Made by a program: the position numbers and the translations under genes
Notes under the pieces: model-generated
Database searches by the model: none
Seen by the model: the letters and a program-made list of their open reading frames with translations, nothing else
What the model was told of the DNA's origin: nothing
Assembly: GCA_027459745.1 (NCBI GenBank)
Contig: DAIDHL010000001.1
Span: 77,828-141,827 of the forward strand
Origin: Candidatus Levyibacteriota bacterium
GTDB lineage: Bacteria > Patescibacteriota > Microgenomatia > Levybacterales > UBA12049
Reading direction: 5' to 3'
DNA: 64,000 bases
Part shown: one piece after another, positions 44,658 to 53,770 of the stretch
How positions within the stretch are numbered: the stretch's first letter is position 1
How the letters are laid out: the number at the start of each line of letters is the position of its first letter

Positions 44658-47489
44658 ATGAGTTTTAAACCAGTTGATCCCAAGGTTACCTTACCAGAGT
44701 TAGAAGAAAAGACTTTGCAGTACTGGAAAGAAAATAAAACTTTTGAAAAGTCGGTTAATCAACGACCGAAGGATAAACGTTGGACTTTTTTGGATGGCCC
44801 ACCTTTTGTTACCGGCATGCCTCATTATGGTTCACTACTTTCCAGTTTGCCTAAAGATTTGTTTGGCCGTTATTGGACAATGAAGGGTTATCATGTGCGT
44901 CGTGTTTGGGGTTGGGATGGTCATGGCTTGCCAATTGAAAATAAAGTTGAGGGAGAATTAAACATTCAACGAAAAAAAGACATTGAAGAAAAAATCGGCA
45001 TAAGGGTTTTTATCGAGCGCTGTTTGCATTATGTCAATCAAGTTTCTGGTGAATGGGAATGGTATGTCGATCACGTTGGTCGTTGGGTGGATTTTAAGCA
45101 TGCATACAAAACATGGGATTTGCCATACATGGAATCAGTGATGTGGGTTTTTAAGCAAATGTATGATAAAGGTTTTATTTATAAGGGATTGAGAGTCTCA
45201 TTATATTGTCCTCATTGTTCAACACCAATTTCAAATTTTGAAGTAGCCATGGATGCCGAAAATCATAAAGAAATGCCTGATTTGGCTGCGACTTATAAAT
45301 ATAAGTTAGTTGATGAAGAGAATACATATATATTAGCTTGGTCGACTACTCCCTGGAATAAAATTGTCACACCAGCGTTGGCAGTTAATCCTAAATTTAC
45401 ATATATTAAGATAAAGCAAGGTGACGAGTATTATATTTTGGCCAAAACTACTCTCAAAATGCTCAGAGAAGAGCCTAAATATGAAATAGTCGAAGAAATT
45501 AAAGGTTCTGATTTGGTAGGCAAAAAATTTGAACCGCATTATGATTACTATAAAAATGACATAGCTGCTGGTGAAAAAGCGTTTGAAATTATTCCTGGTG
45601 ATTTTGTCACAGCGGAAGAGGGAACAGGGGTAGTTACCATTGCCGCCTATGGTGAAGAAGATTTAGTGGTCATGAAAGAACAAAACGTGCATATCGAAAT
45701 GCATGTAGATGAAGAGGGCAATATCAAACCTAATGTGCCAAAATTTGGCGGCATGTATTATCTTAAATCCAATAAGTTCGTCAATGAAGATTTGCGTGAA
45801 AGAGGGTTAATTTATCAGGAATTTGACTACAAGCATGTAGTGCCATTGTGTTGGCGTTGTCATACTCGCTTATATTATGCTCCACAAAATGCCTGGTATG
45901 TGGACGTTAAGACTTTAAAACCGTTAATGAAAGAAACGAACGAACAAGTTAATTGGTTCCCTCAGCATTTTAAATATGGTAGGTTTATCAAAAGTTTGGA
46001 ATTTGCCCCTGATTGGAATATCTCACGCAATCGTTATTGGGGTAGTCCTGTACCAGTTTGGGAATGTGAATGTTGTGAAAGGTTTGTTCCAGGATCGATT
46101 AAAGAGTTAGAAGAAGCTTCAGGTCAAAAAATTACATCTTTACATAAACCAGAAATAGATGAAGTAAAAGTTAAATGTCCAAAGTGTGAAAAAACCATGC
46201 AGCGTACTCCAGAAGTATTAGACAGTTGGATAGAAGCCGGTTCAGCTTCATTTGCCGAAAGACATTATCCTTTTAATCAATCAGAAAAATTGGAAGATTT
46301 CTTCCCGCCTGATTTTATTGCCGAATATACGGGCCAAATCCGAGCCTGGTTTTATGTGTTGCATGTGATCGGTGCAGCTTTGTATAAATCAATTGCTTTT
46401 AAAAATGTGCTAGTTGAGGGGGTAATTTTGGGTACGGATGGTAGAAAAATGAGCAAAAACTTCAAAAATTATCCAGATCCTAAAGAAATGCTGCAAAAAT
46501 ATGGCGGTGACGCTTTGCGTTTATATCTTCTGGGTAGTCCGGTGATGGAAGGTGAAGATATTTTGATTTCCGAAGAACAATATCGTAATCAAGTGCGCGG
46601 AACATTATTGATTCTGTGGAATGTGTACAACTTTTTTGTCACATACGCGAATATTGATGGGTGCGACGTAAGTAAAAAACAAAAGACAACAAGTAAAAAT
46701 ATTTTGGATGAGTGGATCATGAGTTTGTTAAATAAATTAGTCCTAGATGTTACTGAAAGTTTGGATGGTTATAATACCATGCAGTCCATCGAATATCTGA
46801 AAAAGTTTATTGATGAATTCTCAACTTGGTACATCAGGCGTTCAAGAGATCGTGTTGGTCCTTCTGCCACCAATCAAGAAGACAAAAACGCGTTTTATAA
46901 TACTTGCTGGGAAGTATTAGCCTCAGTTTGTCAATTACTTGCGCCTATCGCACCATTTATTTCCGAAGAGATCTATAGAAATTTGACTACTGAAGAATCA
47001 GTTCATTTATCTGATTGGCCCACAGCGGGGGAAGTTAATGAAGATCTAATCGAGCAAATGAAATTTGTACGCAAGATTGTAGAGAGTGGATTAGCACAAC
47101 GCAAAGAGAAACAAATTAAAGTTCGTCAACCATTAGCCAAACTTACAATTTTATTGGGTAAAGACGCTGTTAAATTTAAAGACGAAATGGATTTTTTGAT
47201 CAAAGATGAGCTGAACCTTAAAGAGATAGTTTTCGAAAAGGGATCTGATGCGGAAGAAACTAGAGTAGAATTGGATGCATATATTACACCCGAACTTAAA
47301 GCTGAGGGTGAAGCGAGAGGTATTGTGCGCCAAATTCAAGAAGAAAGAAAAAGACTTGGCACGAAACTGGATGAAAAAGTAAACGTGACTTTACCGGAGT
47401 GGCCAGAAGCATTTATAGATTATATTAAACAAAATGCCTTGGTAGAAAAATTAGAAAAAGGTGAAAGTTTGGTGATCACGAAAATTTAA
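44658..47489 (+). CDS. ileS: Isoleucyl-tRNA synthetase (type 2, eukaryote/archaeal-like)
   Basis: HIGH-region variant MPHYGS, KMSKN (KMSKS motif), and class-Ia editing (CP1) and anticodon-binding domains. 943 aa with no C-terminal zinc-finger extension. Confidence 0.95.
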   Translation: MSFKPVDPKVTLPELEEKTLQYWKENKTFEKSVNQRPKDKRWTFLDGPPFVTGMPHYGSLLSSLPKDLFGRYWTMKGYHVRRVWGWDGHGLPIENKVEGELNIQRKKDIEEKIGIRVFIERCLHYVNQVSGEWEWYVDHVGRWVDFKHAYKTWDLPYMESVMWVFKQMYDKGFIYKGLRVSLYCPHCSTPISNFEVAMDAENHKEMPDLAATYKYKLVDEENTYILAWSTTPWNKIVTPALAVNPKFTYIKIKQGDEYYILAKTTLKMLREEPKYEIVEEIKGSDLVGKKFEPHYDYYKNDIAAGEKAFEIIPGDFVTAEEGTGVVTIAAYGEEDLVVMKEQNVHIEMHVDEEGNIKPNVPKFGGMYYLKSNKFVNEDLRERGLIYQEFDYKHVVPLCWRCHTRLYYAPQNAWYVDVKTLKPLMKETNEQVNWFPQHFKYGRFIKSLEFAPDWNISRNRYWGSPVPVWECECCERFVPGSIKELEEASGQKITSLHKPEIDEVKVKCPKCEKTMQRTPEVLDSWIEAGSASFAERHYPFNQSEKLEDFFPPDFIAEYTGQIRAWFYVLHVIGAALYKSIAFKNVLVEGVILGTDGRKMSKNFKNYPDPKEMLQKYGGDALRLYLLGSPVMEGEDILISEEQYRNQVRGTLLILWNVYNFFVTYANIDGCDVSKKQKTTSKNILDEWIMSLLNKLVLDVTESLDGYNTMQSIEYLKKFIDEFSTWYIRRSRDRVGPSATNQEDKNAFYNTCWEVLASVCQLLAPIAPFISEEIYRNLTTEESVHLSDWPTAGEVNEDLIEQMKFVRKIVESGLAQRKEKQIKVRQPLAKLTILLGKDAVKFKDEMDFLIKDELNLKEIVFEKGSDAEETRVELDAYITPELKAEGEARGIVRQIQEERKRLGTKLDEKVNVTLPEWPEAFIDYIKQNALVEKLEKGESLVITKI

Positions 47490-47595
47490 ATTATAGAGTT
47501 AGAATCAAAGAGCATTTTTCTAGCCGGAGTGAGGACTAAAATGTTTCTACTTCTCACCTTAAGCGCGAAGAATATATGTACATGTTATCCCTGCT

Positions 47596-48675
47596 ATGAA
47601 AAGACACTTCTTTTTTGTTGACTGGTGGTTATTTATACCCATGTTGGTTTTGCTGACTTTTAGCTTGATTATCATGTCATCTATCAGCATGGAATTGTTT
47701 AAATCACAGTTACTTTCTGCAATTTTAGTTGTAATAATTTACTTTATTTCAGCTAACCTATCATTTAGCGGGCTTAAATCTCTAGCATTCCCAATCTATA
47801 TTTTTTCATTGATCGTATTAGGCGTGGTTCTTTTTCTGGGTATTGAAAGCCATGGGGCTGTGAGATGGGTAAGTTTGTTTGGTGCTAGTATTCAATTCTC
47901 AGAAATATGCAAACCATTGTTAGTATTGGCAATGGCTACTTTCTTGTCTCAACATGCAAATACAGAAGGAAAGTACTTTTTTTTCGCTTTAGGATTGCTT
48001 CTACCAATACTCATGTTTATTTATTTACAACCAGATTTAGGAGATGCGATCATTTATTTAGCCGTAGTTCTCTTTGTGCTTATAATGTATGGATATAGCC
48101 TAAAGTGGTTTTTAATTTCTAGTCTTCCTATTTTGATAGCTTTACCCTTGTTCTGGGCTAAATTGCATGATTATCAGAGACAACGTATTTTAACATTTTT
48201 ACATCCATCTTCAGCTAGCACTGCAGCTTCATATAACTCTATTCAGGCTCTGATAGCAGTTGGATCAGGAATGTTGTGGGGTAAGGGTTTAAGCGGAGGA
48301 ACACAATCCAGTCTGCGTTTTTTGCCTGAAAGACATAGTGACTTCATTTTTGCGACTTTAACAGAGGAATTAGGATTCATTGGAGGGGCAATTATAATTT
48401 TGACCTATCTTTTTATTCTTTATCGCATGTATATTCTTTTTAAGTCGACTGAGGATGCATATGCGAGGCTATTTATATCGGGCGCTTTTGGATTGTTACT
48501 TATTCATGTCTTTTTAAATATAGGTATGAACATAGGCTTGGTGCCTATTGTTGGAGTTACTCTGCCATTTATATCTTTTGGAGGAAGTTCGCTTATTGCT
48601 AATGGACTACTCTTGGGTTTAGCCTCAGCTATCGCCAAGAATGCACGTAATAAGGAAGTCTTGGAAATTAGCTAG
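47596..48675 (+). CDS. rodA: SEDS-family protein (RodA/FtsW-like), second copy
   Basis: About 10 TM and the SEDS signature PERHSDFIFATLTEELGFIGG. Confidence 0.8.
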   Translation: MKRHFFFVDWWLFIPMLVLLTFSLIIMSSISMELFKSQLLSAILVVIIYFISANLSFSGLKSLAFPIYIFSLIVLGVVLFLGIESHGAVRWVSLFGASIQFSEICKPLLVLAMATFLSQHANTEGKYFFFALGLLLPILMFIYLQPDLGDAIIYLAVVLFVLIMYGYSLKWFLISSLPILIALPLFWAKLHDYQRQRILTFLHPSSASTAASYNSIQALIAVGSGMLWGKGLSGGTQSSLRFLPERHSDFIFATLTEELGFIGGAIIILTYLFILYRMYILFKSTEDAYARLFISGAFGLLLIHVFLNIGMNIGLVPIVGVTLPFISFGGSSLIANGLLLGLASAIAKNARNKEVLEIS

Positions 48676-48702
48676 CAATTTGATATAATTAAGCAACTAT
48701 TT

Positions 48703-49080
48703 ATGAAATACGCAGTCGTACGTACCGGTGGAAAACAATATAGAGTAGCAGAAGGTGAATCAATAAGAGTAGAACATATTGATCAGGAACCTAATTCTGA
48801 ATTCATTTTCCCAGAAGTTTTATTGGTAAATGATGAAGGCAAAGTTACATTAGGAACACCTTTAGTTAAGGATTTTCCTGTTAAAGCTACTTTGGTTGCT
48901 CATGTTAAAGGTGAAAAGTTGAGAATTTCTAAATTTAAATCAAAAGTCCGTTATCGCAAAGTTATCGGACACCGTCAATCTTTATCCGAAATTAAAATTA
49001 CCACTATTGGTGATACTAAAGCGGCCAAAGTTGAAGAAAAAGACACAAGGACTGCCAAGCCAAAGACAAAAAAAGTATAA
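48703..49080 (+). CDS. rplU: 50S ribosomal protein L21
   Basis: MKYAVVRTGGKQYRV N-terminus. About 105-aa core plus a lysine-rich tail. Confidence 0.9.
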   Translation: MKYAVVRTGGKQYRVAEGESIRVEHIDQEPNSEFIFPEVLLVNDEGKVTLGTPLVKDFPVKATLVAHVKGEKLRISKFKSKVRYRKVIGHRQSLSEIKITTIGDTKAAKVEEKDTRTAKPKTKKV

Positions 49081-49094
49081 GTTAAATAATACTA

Positions 49095-49123
49095 TTGACA
49101 TTTGTGAAAAATTTCACTAAACT
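49095..49123 (+). promoter_or_regulatory. rpmA promoter (-35 TTGACA 49095-49100, 17-nt spacer, -10 TAAACT 49118-49123) with an embedded inverted repeat GTGAAA-AA-TTTCAC (49104-49117)
   Basis: Read directly. A further TTTTCAC copy sits at 49131-49137. Confidence 0.4.
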
Positions 49124-49148
49124 GAATTAGTTTTCACAAGATAAAACT

Positions 49149-49403
49149 ATGGCACATACAAAAGCACAAGGTTCAGTAAAAGGAAATAGAGATTCAATTG
49201 CAAAGCGCTTAGGCGTGAAAAAATATGGTGGTGATGAAGTCATTCCAGGGAATATTATTATTCGTCAGAGGGGTAGTCAATTTTTTCCTGGTGATGGTGT
49301 AAAAATGGGTCATGATTTTACTCTATATGCAGTTAAACAAGGAATTGTTAATTTTGCCCAACATAAAGGCAAGCAGGTCGTAGAAATAATTCATGGAAAA
49401 TAA
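49149..49403 (+). CDS. rpmA: 50S ribosomal protein L27
   Basis: [28 protein letters not shown] is the canonical L27 N-terminus. Confidence 0.9.
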   Translation: MAHTKAQGSVKGNRDSIAKRLGVKKYGGDEVIPGNIIIRQRGSQFFPGDGVKMGHDFTLYAVKQGIVNFAQHKGKQVVEIIHGK

Positions 49404-50205
49404 TATAATTGAGTTAGAAATCAATCAACTTCAATCTAATCCTTTGCAGCCTCGTGGAGTTATTACTCAAGAATCTCTTTCAGATTTAGTAGAGTCAATT
49501 CGGGAACAAGGTGTATTGCAGCCAATCGTAGTTGCACAAACGCCCGCCGGATATCAAATTATCGCTGGAGAAAGACGTTGGAGAGCGTCACGTTTGGCAG
49601 GTTTGACTAAAGTTCCAGTTGTAGTAAAAGTTACGACACCCCAGGGAATGTTAGAAATGGCTATCGTTGAAAACGTACAACGTGAAGATCTTAATCCGAT
49701 TGAAAAGGCTTTAGCTTATAAAAGATTAATTGATGAATTCGGGTTGGGAACTAACGAAGTGGCCAAAAGAGTAGGTAAAAGCGCTCCTGCTGTATCTAAT
49801 ACCATCCGTTTATTATCACTTCCAGATGCTATCAAGGATGCGTTAGTTGCTGGAGTGATTACTGAAGGACATGTCAGACCATTAATTTCATTAGGCGATC
49901 AAAAGCTAATGCTTGAAGTCTTTAAAAGGATTTTAAGAGAAAATGCTACTGTTCGCCAGACAGAAGAGATTGCCCGTAAGATAAAGGGTGAAGTGCAAAA
50001 GAAAGAGCCACATGAGGCTAAGGATAAACTATGGATTCCAGAACAAGACGCAATGGCTGAAGAAATTAAGGCTAAATATGAATTTAACAAAGTAAAAATA
50101 GAGCAGTCAAGTAAGCTGGCCAGAATTGTTATTGAAGTAAAAGGTGACTTAGAAAAAACTGGTGAAGCAGTCAAAAGAATCCACAAAATACTTCTTGAAG
50201 CCTAG
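49393..50205 (+). CDS. parB: ParB/Spo0J-family partition protein (no parA adjacent)
   Basis: ParB box [10 protein letters not shown] and an HTH ([23 protein letters not shown]). Its start overlaps the rpmA 3' end by 11 nt. Confidence 0.85.
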   Translation: MENNIIELEINQLQSNPLQPRGVITQESLSDLVESIREQGVLQPIVVAQTPAGYQIIAGERRWRASRLAGLTKVPVVVKVTTPQGMLEMAIVENVQREDLNPIEKALAYKRLIDEFGLGTNEVAKRVGKSAPAVSNTIRLLSLPDAIKDALVAGVITEGHVRPLISLGDQKLMLEVFKRILRENATVRQTEEIARKIKGEVQKKEPHEAKDKLWIPEQDAMAEEIKAKYEFNKVKIEQSSKLARIVIEVKGDLEKTGEAVKRIHKILLEA

Positions 50206-50298
50206 TATTAAACCTATTGGAATTTCCCCACGTGTTATAAAATCTAAAGTGTTAACTTTTTTGCTAATATCTGAAAATAAATCGTAATTGAGGAACAA

Positions 50299-50889
50299 CT
50301 AAGACTTATTGAAGGGATTTGTGATAAATTGCATTCTGTTTGTAGGCCAGTATACTAAGAACGATTTACCTATAACGGCTCCGAAGCTTACATAGCCCCA
50401 TTCGCGTGAATCAGAGCTTTCTGGTCTATTATCCCCCAGTACAAAATAGTTCCCTTGAGGGACGGTAATCGTTACACCTTCTCTTAAAAAAGCACCTCCA
50501 TACGTTTTAACTGTAGGTTTAAGATAACTAGATTCATTATATAGTTTTCCGTCTTCATAAACATTCCCATCTTTAAGCATGATAGTATCACCTGGAAGTC
50601 CCACAATGCGCTTAATATAATCCTTTGAAGGATCATCAGGTGCAATAAAAACAATAACATCTCCTCGTTTAAGAGGAGATAGTTTGAGTGAGATTATACT
50701 TGTGAGAATATATTCTTTATCATGAAAGTTTGGGTACATAGACAAACCGCTAACTTGAAAGGGACGAAAGATAAATAAATAAACGACCAAAAAGATGGAA
50801 GCAGCTAGAAGAATAGTTTGAAAACTATCGATGAGGAAAGCCCATATTTTTTTCAAAATTTCCATTAACATATTATCGAGAATAGGCAC
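50299..50889 (-). CDS. lepB: Signal peptidase I
   Basis: S26 motifs: the catalytic Ser in GLSMYPNF, Lys in DYIKRIVGLPGD, and GDNRPESSDSREWG. Confidence 0.85.
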   Translation of the reverse strand: MPILDNMLMEILKKIWAFLIDSFQTILLAASIFLVVYLFIFRPFQVSGLSMYPNFHDKEYILTSIISLKLSPLKRGDVIVFIAPDDPSKDYIKRIVGLPGDTIMLKDGNVYEDGKLYNESSYLKPTVKTYGGAFLREGVTITVPQGNYFVLGDNRPESSDSREWGYVSFGAVIGKSFLVYWPTNRMQFITNPFNKS

Positions 50890-50934
50890 GTGTTTGTCAA
50901 CCGTAAGAAAAGTTGTTAAAATACTGGTTGAAAT

Positions 50935-51008
50935 GGATTTGTAGCTCAGCTGGTTAGAGCGTTCGATTCACATTCGAAAGGTCAGAGGTTCGAATCCTCT
51001 CAAGTCCA
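50935..51008 (+). tRNA. tRNA-Val (anticodon CAC)
   Basis: Cloverleaf folded by hand. The acceptor stem GGATTTG/CAAGTCC has one G-U pair. The D-arm is GCTC-AGCTGGTTA-GAGC. The anticodon arm is TTCGA-TTCACAT-TCGAA. The T-arm is AGAGG-TTCGAAT-CCTCT. The discriminator is A and CCA is not encoded. Confidence 0.85.
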
Positions 51009-51018
51009 CATTAAAGAA

Positions 51019-52950
51019 CTAGTTTGTGGTTAATGTGGTTAAGTCATAATATAAGATATTAAAGGCCTCGTTTGTCATGTTTTTCTTCTGCGTGTTTAGA
51101 AGTTTTAGTGTAAATTTAAGTTCAGTCAGATAACCAATATTAAACTTACTTTTTTGCATAGCTTTGGCGTCTTGTAATATAGCTAGCAATTCACTTTTTT
51201 GAATTAAGTTAATCTTTTTTAGACTATAGAGACTTTTAATATCAGAAATTGTAGAGTCAATAGTCACAGTTGCAGATATTGTAGTAGGAGAATCACTATT
51301 AAAATTCAATACCAGTGTTTGAGGTGAATTTGGGGTTAGTATACCTATTATTTTTGAAGATTTACTCGAACCTTCAGTTTGGAAAGTATCAAGATTTAAG
51401 GTATATATAACTGTTTTAGGCGAAGAGAGCATGATGGTATACATACCATTTTCAGGTTTGGGAACCAAAAGACTATTCACTCCTGTTCCCAAACTCATAC
51501 TCTTTCCGCTTGTATCTGTATTATTGATAGGAGGTTCGTATTGATAGAGAATTTGGGGATTGTCGTTATATGAGGAGAATTGGCCGTTTTTATATATTTT
51601 CCCATTATTTTGCTGATTATGATTTAGCAAAATTTGGACTGATGGATTTATTACAAGAGTAATATAACTTAAATTAGTATGGGAAGGTACGAATTGCTCT
51701 ATCGCGTCATAGGTATTATTGAATGAGGTTAAATCGGAATATTTCCAATATGGATCATTGATGGAGTACGAACTGGCAGTTTTGCCTGTAGTTACTACAA
51801 AATGGCTAGATGTTTGAGCGTTTGTGACACGGATAATGTCTGGTTGAGCGGCTGAAATATCTTTATCGATCAGAGTATCATTATTAGGATTTTTTCCGAA
51901 ATTTGGAATCCACTCTAAATCTGGGAGCGATGAGTTTTGGGAAGAGAGTAGATGCGTGAGTGATGCGATTTTAGCAAAATTAAGATAGGAGTAATTTCCA
52001 TCAGAACCAATTCCATAGTCATAACCTTGACTATTATTTAACCATTGATTTAGCGATCCTGGAGTGAGAGGTGATGAATCAGGTAAATGATTGAATCCGT
52101 AATAATTTAATATCATGGTAGCAGAGGTTACCGCACATCCCCAACGATCAAAGGTATATGGATTGAATCCCAAGCTTTGAGAATGATCATATTCATCTTT
52201 TCCCCAAATAGGATTCGTTTGAGATAAATATGGAACTGGTAAAGATGAGTATTCATTATTATAATCAGTTACTTTTATATTATCATAAATTATTCCTGAG
52301 TTAGGATCTGAACCAGTTCCGGCTCTAAGCGCAATTTTACCCGGCGGCAAATCGGCATTTAATGTAATATCTCTTACTAGAGTATTGTTAACTATTACTT
52401 TTATATTACGTCCATTGATTGTAATAATAATATGATATGTTTTATCGTCTGGATAGTTTTGACTTAATTTGTAATTAGTAACATAATTTGAAAAGCCAAA
52501 ATCAAAATCTCCAGGTGATACAAAGTGAATTTCATAAAAATTATTACTTATTGGGTCATACCTGAATATAATATTGTGATCTGTTCCAGTAACAAAAGTG
52601 GCATCCATTTCATAAGTATAATTATTTAAATTATTCGGCCAATAAATACTAGAAGGTGTAATATTTGTTGTACAAGATCCCTGATTTTCTATAAATAAAT
52701 TTAACTTTGAATTATTCACGTTCCAACTCGCGTTACAGCGAGCTTGGTTTTCGTTTAAATATAAGTTTATCCACTTGGTTGGAAAAGTATTACTTGAATA
52801 TTGGTCAAAATTATCTTCAAATATTGTTGATGCGTATGTATTCCTAATAGATAAAGATGATAGTATAATGCAAAAGGTACAAATGAAAAGTAATTTTAAA
52901 TAATTATTACTCATCAATATAAGAATAGTAAGCTCATCTATATTTGTCAA
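51019..52950 (-). CDS. Secreted protein with a C39-like (papain-fold) cysteine peptidase domain and an N-terminal lectin/LamG-like region
   Basis: Signal peptide. The catalytic-Cys context DRWGCAVTSATMILNYYGF is typical of the Peptidase_C39_2/BtrH-like family. The N-terminal 200 aa are beta-rich (DNFDQYSSNTFPTKW). Confidence 0.55.
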   Translation of the reverse strand: MTNIDELTILILMSNNYLKLLFICTFCIILSSLSIRNTYASTIFEDNFDQYSSNTFPTKWINLYLNENQARCNASWNVNNSKLNLFIENQGSCTTNITPSSIYWPNNLNNYTYEMDATFVTGTDHNIIFRYDPISNNFYEIHFVSPGDFDFGFSNYVTNYKLSQNYPDDKTYHIIITINGRNIKVIVNNTLVRDITLNADLPPGKIALRAGTGSDPNSGIIYDNIKVTDYNNEYSSLPVPYLSQTNPIWGKDEYDHSQSLGFNPYTFDRWGCAVTSATMILNYYGFNHLPDSSPLTPGSLNQWLNNSQGYDYGIGSDGNYSYLNFAKIASLTHLLSSQNSSLPDLEWIPNFGKNPNNDTLIDKDISAAQPDIIRVTNAQTSSHFVVTTGKTASSYSINDPYWKYSDLTSFNNTYDAIEQFVPSHTNLSYITLVINPSVQILLNHNQQNNGKIYKNGQFSSYNDNPQILYQYEPPINNTDTSGKSMSLGTGVNSLLVPKPENGMYTIMLSSPKTVIYTLNLDTFQTEGSSKSSKIIGILTPNSPQTLVLNFNSDSPTTISATVTIDSTISDIKSLYSLKKINLIQKSELLAILQDAKAMQKSKFNIGYLTELKFTLKLLNTQKKNMTNEAFNILYYDLTTLTTN

Positions 52951-52960
52951 GAGGTAAAAT

Positions 52961-53770
52961 ATGTTAAATAATAACTGTTATGTGTGTGCTAAAAAATCTA
53001 ATAATTTTTTGTGTTCAAGTTGTATTACTAATCCTTTTAGGATAGAAGATCTTAGGGATATTTTATCTAGATTGCCGGATTTAAGAAGTTTTAAAAAAAC
53101 TTATTATAATAATTTGCCTGAGATAGAGGATCTTAATACTGCTAATTTTTGGGATAATAGATTATATAAGATTCAACTATTGAGAACTCAGGATGGAATG
53201 ACAAAAGATCGAATTAAAATAACTGCAGATTTTTTGAAAACATCAGGAAATAAGATTTTGGATTTAGGTATAGGCTATGGCTTTATTGAAGAAATCTTAT
53301 CTAGTAAGAAAATAGATTTTTATGGGGTAGATATCTCACCCGAAGCTATTAGAATTTTAAAAAAAAGATTTAAAGGTCATTTCTCGGTAGGTTCAATATA
53401 TAAATATAAATACACAAGAAATAAATTTGATGCAGTAGTACTTTTAGAAGTTTTAGAACATGTACCGCCAAAAAAGACATTTTTAATTTTAAAAAATATT
53501 CACAAAGTCCTTAAAAAAAACGGCATATTTATTGTTTCAGTTCCAATGAACGAAGAATTAGAGAAAATGAAGATTAATAAAAATGGTCATGTAAGAACAT
53601 ATACAAAAAATATTATTTTTGCTGAATTAAAATTAGCAGGTTTTAATGTCATTGAATATAAAGAGCTATATGCGTTCAGTAAGATGTATAAATTTAAAAA
53701 ATTTTTATCCAAAGTTATGAAACATAAATGGATGCCAAATAATATTATTATAAAAACAATAAAAATATGA
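52961..53770 (+). CDS. Class I SAM-dependent methyltransferase with an N-terminal Cys4 zinc ribbon
   Basis: CYVCAKK...CSSC ribbon. Motif I ILDLGIGYGFIEE. Motif post-I VDISPEAI. VVLLEVLEHV. Confidence 0.75.
   Translation: MLNNNCYVCAKKSNNFLCSSCITNPFRIEDLRDILSRLPDLRSFKKTYYNNLPEIEDLNTANFWDNRLYKIQLLRTQDGMTKDRIKITADFLKTSGNKILDLGIGYGFIEEILSSKKIDFYGVDISPEAIRILKKRFKGHFSVGSIYKYKYTRNKFDAVVLLEVLEHVPPKKTFLILKNIHKVLKKNGIFIVSVPMNEELEKMKINKNGHVRTYTKNIIFAELKLAGFNVIEYKELYAFSKMYKFKKFLSKVMKHKWMPNNIIIKTIKI

Noticed and set aside
50206-50298. parS-like CACGTG core (TTCCCCACGTGTTATA) downstream of parB
   Set aside because: It matches only about 9 of 16 positions of the parS consensus, the flanking half-sites are not symmetric, and it is most likely chance.
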